This document shows positions 28,045 to 36,803 of a stretch of DNA of 64,000 bases, piece after piece (the first letter of the stretch is position 1; each line of letters starts with the position of its first letter). The position numbers and the translations under genes were made by a program. Origin of the DNA: Gemmatimonas sp. GTDB taxonomy: Bacteria > Gemmatimonadota > Gemmatimonadetes > Gemmatimonadales > Gemmatimonadaceae. Location of the stretch: positions 64,001 to 128,000 of the forward strand of contig OZ257156.1 of assembly GCA_965279375.1 (NCBI GenBank). The letters are read 5' to 3'. Below the pieces are notes generated by a model that saw only the letters and a list, made by a program, of their open reading frames with translations, was not told the DNA's origin and did no database searches.

Positions 28045-28505
28045 TGCTCGACAAGTTGCGTCGCCTCATCGGCGACTCTGTGCAGGGCACGCCGGGTGCG
28101 CACTCGCGTACGCACCCGGCGGATGTACGTGTGGCTGCGTGTGCGATCCTGCTCGAGCTGGCCAATGTCGATGGCGAGTTCAGCGACATCGAGCGACAGC
28201 GCATTCTCGACATCCTGCAGCGCCACTTCGGCGTCGACGCGGAAGGCGCCGAGTCGCTGATGGCCGAGGCGGCGAGCGCGAGCAAGGATGCGGTGGACGA
28301 TTTCGTGTTTACGCGACAGGTGGTGCGTGACTACGATCTCGCGCAGCGCATGGTCTTGGCAGAACTCATGTGGCAGGTCGTGCTCGCGGACGGCACGATC
28401 GACGGTCAGGAGTCGTATCTGATGCGCAAGCTGGCCAACCTCCTGCAGCTCGAGCCGGCGTTTCTCTCCGAGGCGCGCAAGCGCAGTCAGGAAAGCGCTG
28501 GTTAA
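28044..28505 (+). CDS. TerB family (tellurite resistance-like) protein
   Basis: ILLELANVDGEFSDIE, WQVVLADGTIDGQE, RKLANLL; TAGTG overlap with the upstream gene. Confidence 0.85.
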   Translation: MLDKLRRLIGDSVQGTPGAHSRTHPADVRVAACAILLELANVDGEFSDIERQRILDILQRHFGVDAEGAESLMAEAASASKDAVDDFVFTRQVVRDYDLAQRMVLAELMWQVVLADGTIDGQESYLMRKLANLLQLEPAFLSEARKRSQESAG

Positions 28506-28523
28506 CCGGCGCTCAGTCGGATG

Positions 28524-30065
28524 TCATTCGCGCCGAAGCACGCGACCGGGATGTAACCCGGTCGCGTTGCCGTTTTCCCACACGCGCTGACCATTCACCC
28601 ACACGCCGCTGATGCCCGTCGCCACCACATGCGGTGTCTTGGGCGTGGCGTTGTCGAGAACGGTGGCCGGGTCAAACAGCACCAGATCGGCGTAGTTGCC
28701 CGGCGCGATGGTGCCGCGCCGCTTGAAGCCCATGTGCGCTGCCGACAGGCTGGTCATCTTGGCGATCGCTGCTTCAAGCGACATCAGCTTCTGCTCGCGC
28801 ACCATGCGGCCGAGCACACGCGGGAACGCGCCATAGCCGCGTGGATGTGCTCCGTTCATCGAGCCGTCCGAGCTGACATTGCTCTGCGGCCACTTCATCA
28901 GCGTGGCCACGTCGGCCTCGGACATGCCTGTCGCCACGACGCTCTCGGCGCTGCGGTCTTCGTCCGACGTCCCCTTCACGCGCGCCTTCCATGCGATTGA
29001 TTCGCGAATGAGGCCCATCAGCGTGCTCGCCGCATCTTCGTGTCGCATGACCGCGATTTCGGCGACGGTCTTCCCCTGATAGGTGGTGTCGGCGGCGAAC
29101 GTCCCGATCAGCAACCCCTCTGGCTTGGCGATCTCGCGCAGGATCTTCTCGGCTTCCGCGCGATTCTCGAAATCGCGCTTCGGGAAGAGCACCTGCAGCG
29201 TCGCCTGCCAGTAGGTGTACGGGTACACGTCGGCGGTGATGTCCACGCCCGACGCGCGCGCTCGATCGAGTACGTGCAGGAGGCTGTCGCCCTGCCCCCA
29301 GAGCGGAATCATGCCGAGCTTGGCGTGACTGATCTGTACGGGCAGCTTGGCTTCGCGTCCGATGGTGATGATTTCGTCGACCGCATCCCAGAACCAGCGA
29401 TCTTCGCTGCGCATGTGACTGATGTATCGTCCGCCCGCGGCCGCTGTGACCTTCGCCAGCGCCATCACTTCGGCGCGATCGGAGAAGATGCCGGGATCGT
29501 ATTCGAGCCCCGTGGAGAGGCCGAGCGCGCCCGCCGCGAGTTCGCGCTTGAGCAGCACGACCATCGAGTCCACTTCCTTCGGTGTGGCCACGCGCTTGAA
29601 ATCATCGCCGAGTACCGCGTCGCGCAGCGTGCCGTGTCCCACGTAGTACGCCACGTTTGCGGCCGGTGGCACTTTCGCGAACGAATCGATCGCTGCGGCG
29701 AGCGGCATCGGGTGACTGCCGTCCTGTCCCGCCACGATGGTGGTGATGCCCTGACTCACCACGGGCACTGCGTCGAGCGACGCACGCATGCCGGACGCAT
29801 GATGGCTGTGCGTGTCGATGAAGCCCGGTGCAAGCGTAAGCCCCTGTCCGTCGATGACCGAGTCGCCCGGGAGTGGCGTGACGTTGCCCACTGCGACGAT
29901 GCTGTCACCGAGGAATCGGACTGCGCCAGCGCGCGCCGGCGCACCGGTGCCATCCACGATGCTGACGTTGCGAATGACGGTACCGCCTTCGGACGACGAC
30001 GCACCGCGCGCACAGGCCGCGAGACAAAACGGGAGGATCGCCCAACGACGAGCGGTCAGGGACAT
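28524..30065 (-). CDS. N-acyl-D-amino-acid deacylase (D-aminoacylase family), lipoprotein
   Basis: LAAC lipobox; APGFIDTHSH, STGLEY, SHMRSE, ISHAK, HPRGYGAFPRVLG, ADLVLFDP. Confidence 0.88.
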   Translation of the reverse strand: MSLTARRWAILPFCLAACARGASSSEGGTVIRNVSIVDGTGAPARAGAVRFLGDSIVAVGNVTPLPGDSVIDGQGLTLAPGFIDTHSHHASGMRASLDAVPVVSQGITTIVAGQDGSHPMPLAAAIDSFAKVPPAANVAYYVGHGTLRDAVLGDDFKRVATPKEVDSMVVLLKRELAAGALGLSTGLEYDPGIFSDRAEVMALAKVTAAAGGRYISHMRSEDRWFWDAVDEIITIGREAKLPVQISHAKLGMIPLWGQGDSLLHVLDRARASGVDITADVYPYTYWQATLQVLFPKRDFENRAEAEKILREIAKPEGLLIGTFAADTTYQGKTVAEIAVMRHEDAASTLMGLIRESIAWKARVKGTSDEDRSAESVVATGMSEADVATLMKWPQSNVSSDGSMNGAHPRGYGAFPRVLGRMVREQKLMSLEAAIAKMTSLSAAHMGFKRRGTIAPGNYADLVLFDPATVLDNATPKTPHVVATGISGVWVNGQRVWENGNATGLHPGRVLRRE

Positions 30066-30249
30066 GTAGAAGCCGTACAGAAGGGGAGGTGAGATGAGCC
30101 AATCGTCCCAGAGGATGCCCCATCGGGTGCCTTGCCGCCAGAGTGTCGCGCACTACCTTCTTGCCCTTGGGCGCCTCGACTGGGGCTCAGCCCGGTTGAC
30201 GTGTTGAACTATGCGTTGATCTCCGAAATCCGCGACGAGGTGGAGCGAC

Positions 30250-30726
30250 ATGGGATTGCTAGACGGTGCGCTTGGTGATGCGCTTGGATCGGCGCTTGGT
30301 GAATCGAACGCAGCAGGTGGCTTGCAGGGCATGTTGGGCGGTGTGCTCGGCCAGCTTGGCGGTGCACAGGGTGGATCCAACGCGCTGCTGACGACGGCGA
30401 TGACGTTGCTGCAGCAGAGTGGCGGTCTCGAAGGGATCGTGGAGAAGTTCCGCGCGGGCGGTATGGGCAGCATGGTGGACTCGTGGGTGGGTACGGGAGC
30501 GAATGCGCCCATCACGGGATCGCAGCTGACACAGGTCCTCGGTGAATCCACGGTGACGGGACTCGCGAAGCAGCTGGGCACCGACCCGCAGCAGGCCAGC
30601 GGTTCGCTCGCGTCGATGCTGCCCGAGCTCGTGAACCAGCTGACGCCGAACGGGCAGATTCCCGCCAACAGCGGCGACCTGCTCACGCAGGGGCTCGCGC
30701 TGCTCAAGGGCCGCCTCGGCGCCTGA
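30250..30726 (+). CDS. YidB/DUF937 family protein
   Basis: GGLEGIVEKFRAGGMGSMVDSWVGTGANAPI, LPELVNQLTPNG. Confidence 0.88.
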   Translation: MGLLDGALGDALGSALGESNAAGGLQGMLGGVLGQLGGAQGGSNALLTTAMTLLQQSGGLEGIVEKFRAGGMGSMVDSWVGTGANAPITGSQLTQVLGESTVTGLAKQLGTDPQQASGSLASMLPELVNQLTPNGQIPANSGDLLTQGLALLKGRLGA

Positions 30727-30740
30727 CGCTGCACCGCTTG

Positions 30741-30783
30741 TGATGCGTCACGCGCGGGCTTCACGCGCTCGCGTGACGCATCA
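30741..30783. terminator. 14-bp perfect inverted repeat after the YidB-family gene (terminator or REP-like)
   Basis: TGATGCGTCACGCG-N15-CGCGTGACGCATCA. Confidence 0.5.
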
Positions 30784-30833
30784 GCTCGCTCTTCCTTCCG
30801 CACCTCCTCTCGCTCTTCACTTCGGAGTCGCCG

Positions 30834-31742
30834 GTGGCTGAACTCGGCAGCGCCAAGACCATCCTGCTCGCGGCACTCTGCGCCGTGGCCGTCGTGTACA
30901 CGATCCTGCTCGTCGTCGGCGTGCGTCGCCGTCTGCGTGAAGATCCGGCGCTACCGGCCAAGCCAACCCTCGGCGGACTGGCGACGGGCTTCGTGACGAA
31001 CTTCTTCGACACGCTGGGCATCGGGTCGTTCGCGCCGACCACATCGATCTTTCGCGCCACGAAGATGGTGCCAGACGTCGAGATTCCGGGCACGCTGAAT
31101 GTAGGCTACGTGCTGCCGACCATCGCGCAGGCGTTGATCTTCACGCAGGCGGTGCCGGTGGATGCCACCACGCTCATCGTTTTGATCGCCTCCGCGTCGC
31201 TGGGCGCGTGGTTGGGCGCAGGCGTCGTGGTCTCGTGGCCCAAGCGGCGGGTGCAGCTAGGCATGGGCTTCTGCCTGCTCGGCGCGGCCACGCTGATGTT
31301 GCTGGGCTTGTTCAACATCGCGCCGATGGGCGGCACCGCACTCGGCCTGACCGGTGGTGCGCTCGTGTTTGGCGCGCTCATGAACATGCTGCTTGGCGCG
31401 CTGATGACGCTGGGCATTGGCCTGTATGGACCGTGCCTCATTCTGATCAGCATGCTGGGCATGAACCCGACGACCGCATTCCCGATCATGATGGGTTCGT
31501 GCGCGTTTCTCATGCCGGTCGCCAGCGCGCGATTCATTCGCGAGAACGGCTTCAATGTGCGTGCGACGATCGGCGTGCTCATCGGCGCGGTGCCAGCGGT
31601 GTTGATCGCGGCGTACCTGGTGAAGTCGATGCCGCTGACGGTTGTGCGTTGGCTGGTCGTCGTGGTGGTGCTCTACACCGCGTACGGCTTGCTCAAGAGC
31701 GCCTTTTCGGAGAAGGCTGCCGGCGAGTTGGCGGCGGCGTAA
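30834..31742 (+). CDS. TSUP (TauE/SafE) family membrane transporter
   Basis: FFDTLGIGSFAPTT, IPGTLNVG, LMTLGIGLYGPC, AFPIMMGSCAFLMP; about 9 TM helices. Confidence 0.85.
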   Translation: MAELGSAKTILLAALCAVAVVYTILLVVGVRRRLREDPALPAKPTLGGLATGFVTNFFDTLGIGSFAPTTSIFRATKMVPDVEIPGTLNVGYVLPTIAQALIFTQAVPVDATTLIVLIASASLGAWLGAGVVVSWPKRRVQLGMGFCLLGAATLMLLGLFNIAPMGGTALGLTGGALVFGALMNMLLGALMTLGIGLYGPCLILISMLGMNPTTAFPIMMGSCAFLMPVASARFIRENGFNVRATIGVLIGAVPAVLIAAYLVKSMPLTVVRWLVVVVVLYTAYGLLKSAFSEKAAGELAAA

Positions 31743-31743
31743 A

Positions 31744-33114
31744 TCAGCGAGGCGATCCGACGACGCGTTTCAGGAAACGTCGGGTCGCCTCCCAGGCGCG
31801 TGCATTGCCCTCCGCAGTGGCGCGCGCTGTTGCGGTGTCGAGCGGCGCGTAGCGAGGCCACGCAATCGTGCCGTCACCGCAGATGCCGTGTGCAGCCGCC
31901 GGATAGGTCTCGAGTGTGACCTGTGCCCCTCGCCCGGCCGAAGACATCGTCGACTTGATTTGTCTCGCCATGGGACCCGAGGCCCAGACATCATCGGCGT
32001 CGGAGCCCAGCAGCAACAACGGTGCGCGGATCGCTTCAACGGGAATGCGAGCGAGCCGACCAGCGTCGGGTGAGGCCGAACGGCTGCGATCGTGCACTTG
32101 CCGTGCGGATGCCCGTCCGCTGAACACTTCCTCGTAGCGATCGTACGCAATCGCCGGCAGCGGCGTACCAGCGTCTGACCACGACGACAGCACGGCGCCT
32201 TCAGGCGCCGGCGCCCCGAAGCCCGACCAGACAACATCACTCGGCACACACGCCACGACGGCGGCAGGCCACGTGCGGCGTGACGCGGCCACAAGCGCGA
32301 ACTCCGCGCCCTTGCTCGCGCCCCACAGTACCGTGCGCGAGGTGTCTGCGTCGGGCTGCTTGCCCATCCACGCGCGCGCGCCGTCCAGCAATTCGATCGG
32401 CACGTTGGCAAACGCGCTGGGGACGCCGGCATACGACTGCACATAGGGATAGCCGACGTACACGATCGCGAACGCCGCAAAGCCGCGTTCGGCGAATCGT
32501 CGAGCGAGCTGACGCGCCGATGTCGTGTCTCCGCCCTCGCTTCCGTGCAAAAGAAGGATGGCCGGCCGTCTGCCACCGTCTGTCGGCGCAGCATATGCGC
32601 CCACCACGCCTGGCTCCGCGACCGATACTTCGCGCAACCCGCGTTGTATTACTCGCAGTGTGATCGACACTGAGTCGAGCGTCTTGCCACGCGACTCGAG
32701 GTCGAGCCGGAGCGTTCCCGCCGGCGGTACCTGAGCGTTCACCGGGTCTACTGGACGCGACATCGACCAGAACACGGCAAGTGCGTCCGCACGACGCCAT
32801 GTGCCCGCGATCGGCGCCATCTGACTCACCGTAACGACGCCGCCTCGTGGCACGATCCAGCGGCCCCACGATTCGAACGCCACGGTGTCACGCCGTGCAT
32901 TCGCGCTGTCGCCGCGCGCGACAATCGCGCGCCGCCTCGCGCGCAGCGTTAGCGTGTCGCCAGCGCGCCCGCGCAACGTGATGCGTGGGTCGTCGCCCAA
33001 TGCGAGTGTCGTGGACGCGACAGTGACCCGTGGACCCACGCCAACGGTCTGCGCTGCCGACGAGTTGCCGGACAGGACCAGCAACGCGAATGACCATCGG
33101 GCGATGTTGCGCAT
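31744..33114 (-). CDS. Exported acyl-CoA thioester hydrolase / BAAT C-terminal-domain alpha/beta hydrolase
   Basis: LLHGSEGG, GASKGAEFAL (nucleophile), DADDVW, YPAAAH. Confidence 0.85.
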   Translation of the reverse strand: MRNIARWSFALLVLSGNSSAAQTVGVGPRVTVASTTLALGDDPRITLRGRAGDTLTLRARRRAIVARGDSANARRDTVAFESWGRWIVPRGGVVTVSQMAPIAGTWRRADALAVFWSMSRPVDPVNAQVPPAGTLRLDLESRGKTLDSVSITLRVIQRGLREVSVAEPGVVGAYAAPTDGGRRPAILLLHGSEGGDTTSARQLARRFAERGFAAFAIVYVGYPYVQSYAGVPSAFANVPIELLDGARAWMGKQPDADTSRTVLWGASKGAEFALVAASRRTWPAAVVACVPSDVVWSGFGAPAPEGAVLSSWSDAGTPLPAIAYDRYEEVFSGRASARQVHDRSRSASPDAGRLARIPVEAIRAPLLLLGSDADDVWASGPMARQIKSTMSSAGRGAQVTLETYPAAAHGICGDGTIAWPRYAPLDTATARATAEGNARAWEATRRFLKRVVGSPR

Positions 33115-33246
33115 GACGGATGCAGGGTAGAAGACGCTAGTGACACGGCCACCGGAGCAGATCGCGAGTGTGACAGCACGCTCGCTCAAATGGTTCAGTC
33201 GCGCCTCAGCGTTCCCTGCGATCCGTCTCAGACGCGCGTGGTCACG

Positions 33247-35040
33247 CTACTTCCGCCAACCGCTCCACCCCGGACCGCGCACCACCTGCCCAGGCTTCGC
33301 GCCCGTGTGTGCACCGTCGCGCAACACCTCCACGCCGTTCACCAGCACGAACTGCACGCCGGTGGAGAGCTGGTGCGGCTTCTCGAACGTGGCGTTGTCC
33401 TTGATGCTGTCCGGATCGAAGACAATGACATCCGCGCGCAGCCCCTGCTTGAGCACACCGCGATCGGCGATAGACAGGCGTGTGGCCACCGCCGATGTCG
33501 CCTTGCGCACCGCGTCTTCCAGTGAGAGCACCTTCTCGTCGCGCACATACTTGGCGAAGATGCGCGGGAAGTTGCCGTAGGTGCGCGGGTGGGTCATCCC
33601 CTTGGCGGTCGCCGGATCCGTAGAGCCCGCGTCGGTGCCGAACTTCATCCATGGCTGCTTGAGCTGCAGCGCGATGTTCTCCTCGCTCATGAGAAAGAGG
33701 ATTTCGCCCAGCTCCGCGTTCTCGGCGATGTTGAGATCGATCATCACGTCCGCCCAGTCCTTCTTCATGTCGCGCGCGATTTCGGCCAATCGCTTCCCTT
33801 CGTACTGCTTGTACTCGGGCTTCTTGAAGCCCATCACCATGACGTTCTCGGGGCCGGCGATCAGGCAGAGATTCTCGTAGCCGGCCTTGGGATCGTGCAG
33901 TTGCGCCTTGATCTGCGGACGTAGCGTCGCGTCCTGCAGATTGGCGAGCAGCTTACCATCGGCCGCGAACCTGGGCGGAATGCATGCGGCGAAGCTGTTG
34001 CCGCCAGCGGGATAGAGATACATGTCCGCCTGCACATCCTGCCCCGCCTTGCGCGCCGAGTCGATCTTGGCGATGGCCTTGGGCATCTTGGACCAGTTGG
34101 TCGGTCCGCTCGCCTTGAGGTGGTAGACCTCCACCGGCACACCGCCATCGTGTCCGATGCGAATCGCTTCGTCGAGCGCTTCGAGAAACTCGTTCCCCTC
34201 GGAGCGCATGTGCGAGATGTATACGCCGCCGAATGGCGCGCTGGCCTTGGCGAGTTCGGTGAGCTCGGCGGTGCTCGCGTAACTGTTGGGTGGATAGATC
34301 AATGCGCTCGCGACACCAAAGGCACCGTCCTGCATCGCGCGCGTCACAACGCCGCGCATCGAGTCGAGCTCCGCCGCGTTCGCTGCACCCTCCGCTGCGC
34401 CCTTGGCATACTCGCGCACAGTACCAGCGCCAAGGAACGAACCCACATTCTGCGAAACGCCGCGCGACACCATGAAGTCGAGCCATGTGCCGAAGCCACG
34501 ATCGCCGGTGAACTGCGGCGCGATGCGTTTGAGCGATGTATCCGTGATCAGCGCGAGAATCTTGTCGTTGACGGGCGCGGGTGTCGATCCTTCGCCGAGA
34601 ATTGCCGTCGTGATTCCCTGTGTGACCATCGAGATGGCTTTGCCGTCGCCGAGCATGAAGTTCTCGTACGACTGCGCCTGAATGTCGATGAAGCCCGGCG
34701 CCACGATCATCCCTTTGGCGTCGATGCGACGCGAGGCTGTTGCGCTGGTCAACTGCCCCTTGGGCACGATGCGCGCGATGCGTCCGTCATCGATCGCGAT
34801 GTCGCCCCAGAACCAGGCCGCGCCCGTGCCGTCGACAACGCGTCCGTTGCTGATGACCACATCGTAGCCGTCGTTGCCGCCGGCGGATTCGCTCGCCCCG
34901 CTGCCGCCAGCCGCAGTGGAGTCCGACTTGGCCGAACAGGCCGCGAGCAGGGCGGTACAGGCGACGGCGAGGGTTCTGCGCACGATGCGCTCCGGGGATG
35001 ACGCGTGAGCATGCAGGGGGGCTGACTGGCGACGGTCCAT
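33247..35040 (-). CDS. Second D-aminoacylase family amidohydrolase, lipoprotein
   Basis: LLAAC lipobox; APGFIDIQAQS, SHMRSE, VYHLK, HPRTYGNFPR, ADVIVFDP. Start may be GTG near 34983. Confidence 0.88.
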   Translation of the reverse strand: MDRRQSAPLHAHASSPERIVRRTLAVACTALLAACSAKSDSTAAGGSGASESAGGNDGYDVVISNGRVVDGTGAAWFWGDIAIDDGRIARIVPKGQLTSATASRRIDAKGMIVAPGFIDIQAQSYENFMLGDGKAISMVTQGITTAILGEGSTPAPVNDKILALITDTSLKRIAPQFTGDRGFGTWLDFMVSRGVSQNVGSFLGAGTVREYAKGAAEGAANAAELDSMRGVVTRAMQDGAFGVASALIYPPNSYASTAELTELAKASAPFGGVYISHMRSEGNEFLEALDEAIRIGHDGGVPVEVYHLKASGPTNWSKMPKAIAKIDSARKAGQDVQADMYLYPAGGNSFAACIPPRFAADGKLLANLQDATLRPQIKAQLHDPKAGYENLCLIAGPENVMVMGFKKPEYKQYEGKRLAEIARDMKKDWADVMIDLNIAENAELGEILFLMSEENIALQLKQPWMKFGTDAGSTDPATAKGMTHPRTYGNFPRIFAKYVRDEKVLSLEDAVRKATSAVATRLSIADRGVLKQGLRADVIVFDPDSIKDNATFEKPHQLSTGVQFVLVNGVEVLRDGAHTGAKPGQVVRGPGWSGWRK

Positions 35041-35302
35041 CGGCGAGTGAGGAGTCGGCTACTCGAGCGTTGTTCTCACCACGCACGCTTCGCCCCGCTC
35101 TCTTCCGAGCGCGATAAGATACGTCCCGCATGTGGACGCCGCGCGCGGCGAGCCCACGCGTCCTTCCCTTTGCAGCGGACGCTCCCTTCGACGCGCACGT
35201 TGTGCCTGATGTGGACGACACGGATTCGCAGGCGTGGATCTGACGCGCTGCCCGACAGAGCGTGCCCCAGACTCAACCGTCGGTGCGAAGTCACCTACGT
35301 TT

Positions 35303-36598
35303 TCACGCAGTGACGGACCGATCGATGGCGGCCGGCGCGTGCAGCGAGCGGCTGCGTCGTCGCAGATATGCAGCAAGACGGCGATACGAAAGCCACAGAC
35401 CCGTCCACACGAGCAGGGCACCGGCGAGCGATGCAATACCCGCGATGGTCTGTCCCCAGAGGCCGAACACCTCGCCAGTGTGCGCAAATCGCAGCAGCGA
35501 TCGCATCCGTCGTCCAGGCGACTGCGCCTCAAACTTTGTCGTCGCGAGTACTGCCGCCGTGGCAAGATCCAGCGTGACTGTCCTGCGCAATTGCGGCTGC
35601 CCGCCCGTGCCCGCGTCGATACTGATGGAGACGTCCTTCGCACGAGCCTTTGGAAGCGTGAGGGTGATCGTGCGCCAGCGCGGCTCCTGTGCCCGCGCAA
35701 CCATGAGCAGGCTGTCATAGCTCACCCGATGTGACGCGGGTTCGTCGCGCGTCACCGCATCACTGAGCTGCGCGTCGCGCTCCCTCGATTCACGAGTCGC
35801 ATCCCCGAGCGCTTCGCCCCCTGCACCTCCGCGACCGTCGCGTCCGCCGCCTTCCCCGCCTCGTCCGCGTTCGCCACGACCACCCGCGCCCTCCTGTCGC
35901 GGCTGCGGCGCTTCTTCACCGAAGGCCTTGTAGACGAGTCCTGCGGCCCACGGATACGAGATCACAGCACCGGATGCCACCACGATGACGAGGGGAATCG
36001 CCATCCACAGCCCGGCGACGTTGTGCCAGTTGAAGTCGCGCGCTTTTCCGCTCAGTCCCCGGCGGAAGAGCAGCACCTGCCGGAGGCGCTGCGACGTCAA
36101 CGGTCGTGGAATCCAGAGCACGAGCCCCGACAATACGAGCACCAGGAACCCGAGATTCGATGCGTCGACGATCGATCGCGCGACGGTCCGGCTCGCCCCC
36201 TCACGCGCGAACCAACGGTGCCACGCCGTCACCTCGCGGAAGAATGACCGCAGGGCGGGACTCGCCTCCCCGAGCACCTGACCCGTGCGTGCGTCAACAT
36301 GCAGCGTCCGCTCACGCGACATCACTGCAGCCACCGGCATCGCCGGGTCCCTGAAGAACTGCAGCGAGGTGGGCGCCCTGCCCGCTTCCGCCCGCATCAC
36401 CCCGGCAAGGATTGCACTTGCCGGCTGCGGCGCGCCCGCGCCTGCGACCGTGGCCGCCTGCAAAGCCCGCGCAGAACGGGCGAGGAGTTGCTTCTCGTAG
36501 GTGAGCAGCACGCCGGTTACGGACATCACCAGGATGGCCAGTCCGGCGACAACACCAATGCTCAAGTGCATCCAAAACAAGAGTTTACGAAGCGTCAT
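35303..36598 (-). CDS. PepSY-associated TM helix domain protein (PiuB-like)
   Basis: FWMHLSIG...SVTG, WHRW, SGLVLW, FNWHNVAG, RFAHTGE, TGLWL. Confidence 0.9.
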   Translation of the reverse strand: MTLRKLLFWMHLSIGVVAGLAILVMSVTGVLLTYEKQLLARSARALQAATVAGAGAPQPASAILAGVMRAEAGRAPTSLQFFRDPAMPVAAVMSRERTLHVDARTGQVLGEASPALRSFFREVTAWHRWFAREGASRTVARSIVDASNLGFLVLVLSGLVLWIPRPLTSQRLRQVLLFRRGLSGKARDFNWHNVAGLWMAIPLVIVVASGAVISYPWAAGLVYKAFGEEAPQPRQEGAGGRGERGRGGEGGGRDGRGGAGGEALGDATRESRERDAQLSDAVTRDEPASHRVSYDSLLMVARAQEPRWRTITLTLPKARAKDVSISIDAGTGGQPQLRRTVTLDLATAAVLATTKFEAQSPGRRMRSLLRFAHTGEVFGLWGQTIAGIASLAGALLVWTGLWLSYRRLAAYLRRRSRSLHAPAAIDRSVTA

Positions 36599-36803
36599 GC
36601 GGAGCTCTCGGAGTGTGCCAGTGAGGGAAAGACCAGAAGCAGGACTGTTCTGGAACAAGGGACGTCGATCAGGGCCTGCGACGAGCGGCCCGATTCAATA
36701 ACTCTCTTGTGGCGTAAAGCTAAATTCGATATTCATCATTCTGTAATACTATCGTCTTTACCGCCACCCCCCGCCTGAACACTCTCTCTATCCGGGCATT
36801 CCC

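Noticed and set aside
36690..36760. Fur box in the PepSY/TonB receptor divergent promoter
   Set aside because: AT-rich and plausible by context, but the alignment I tried matched only ~10/19 to GATAATGATAATCATTATC, too weak to call.
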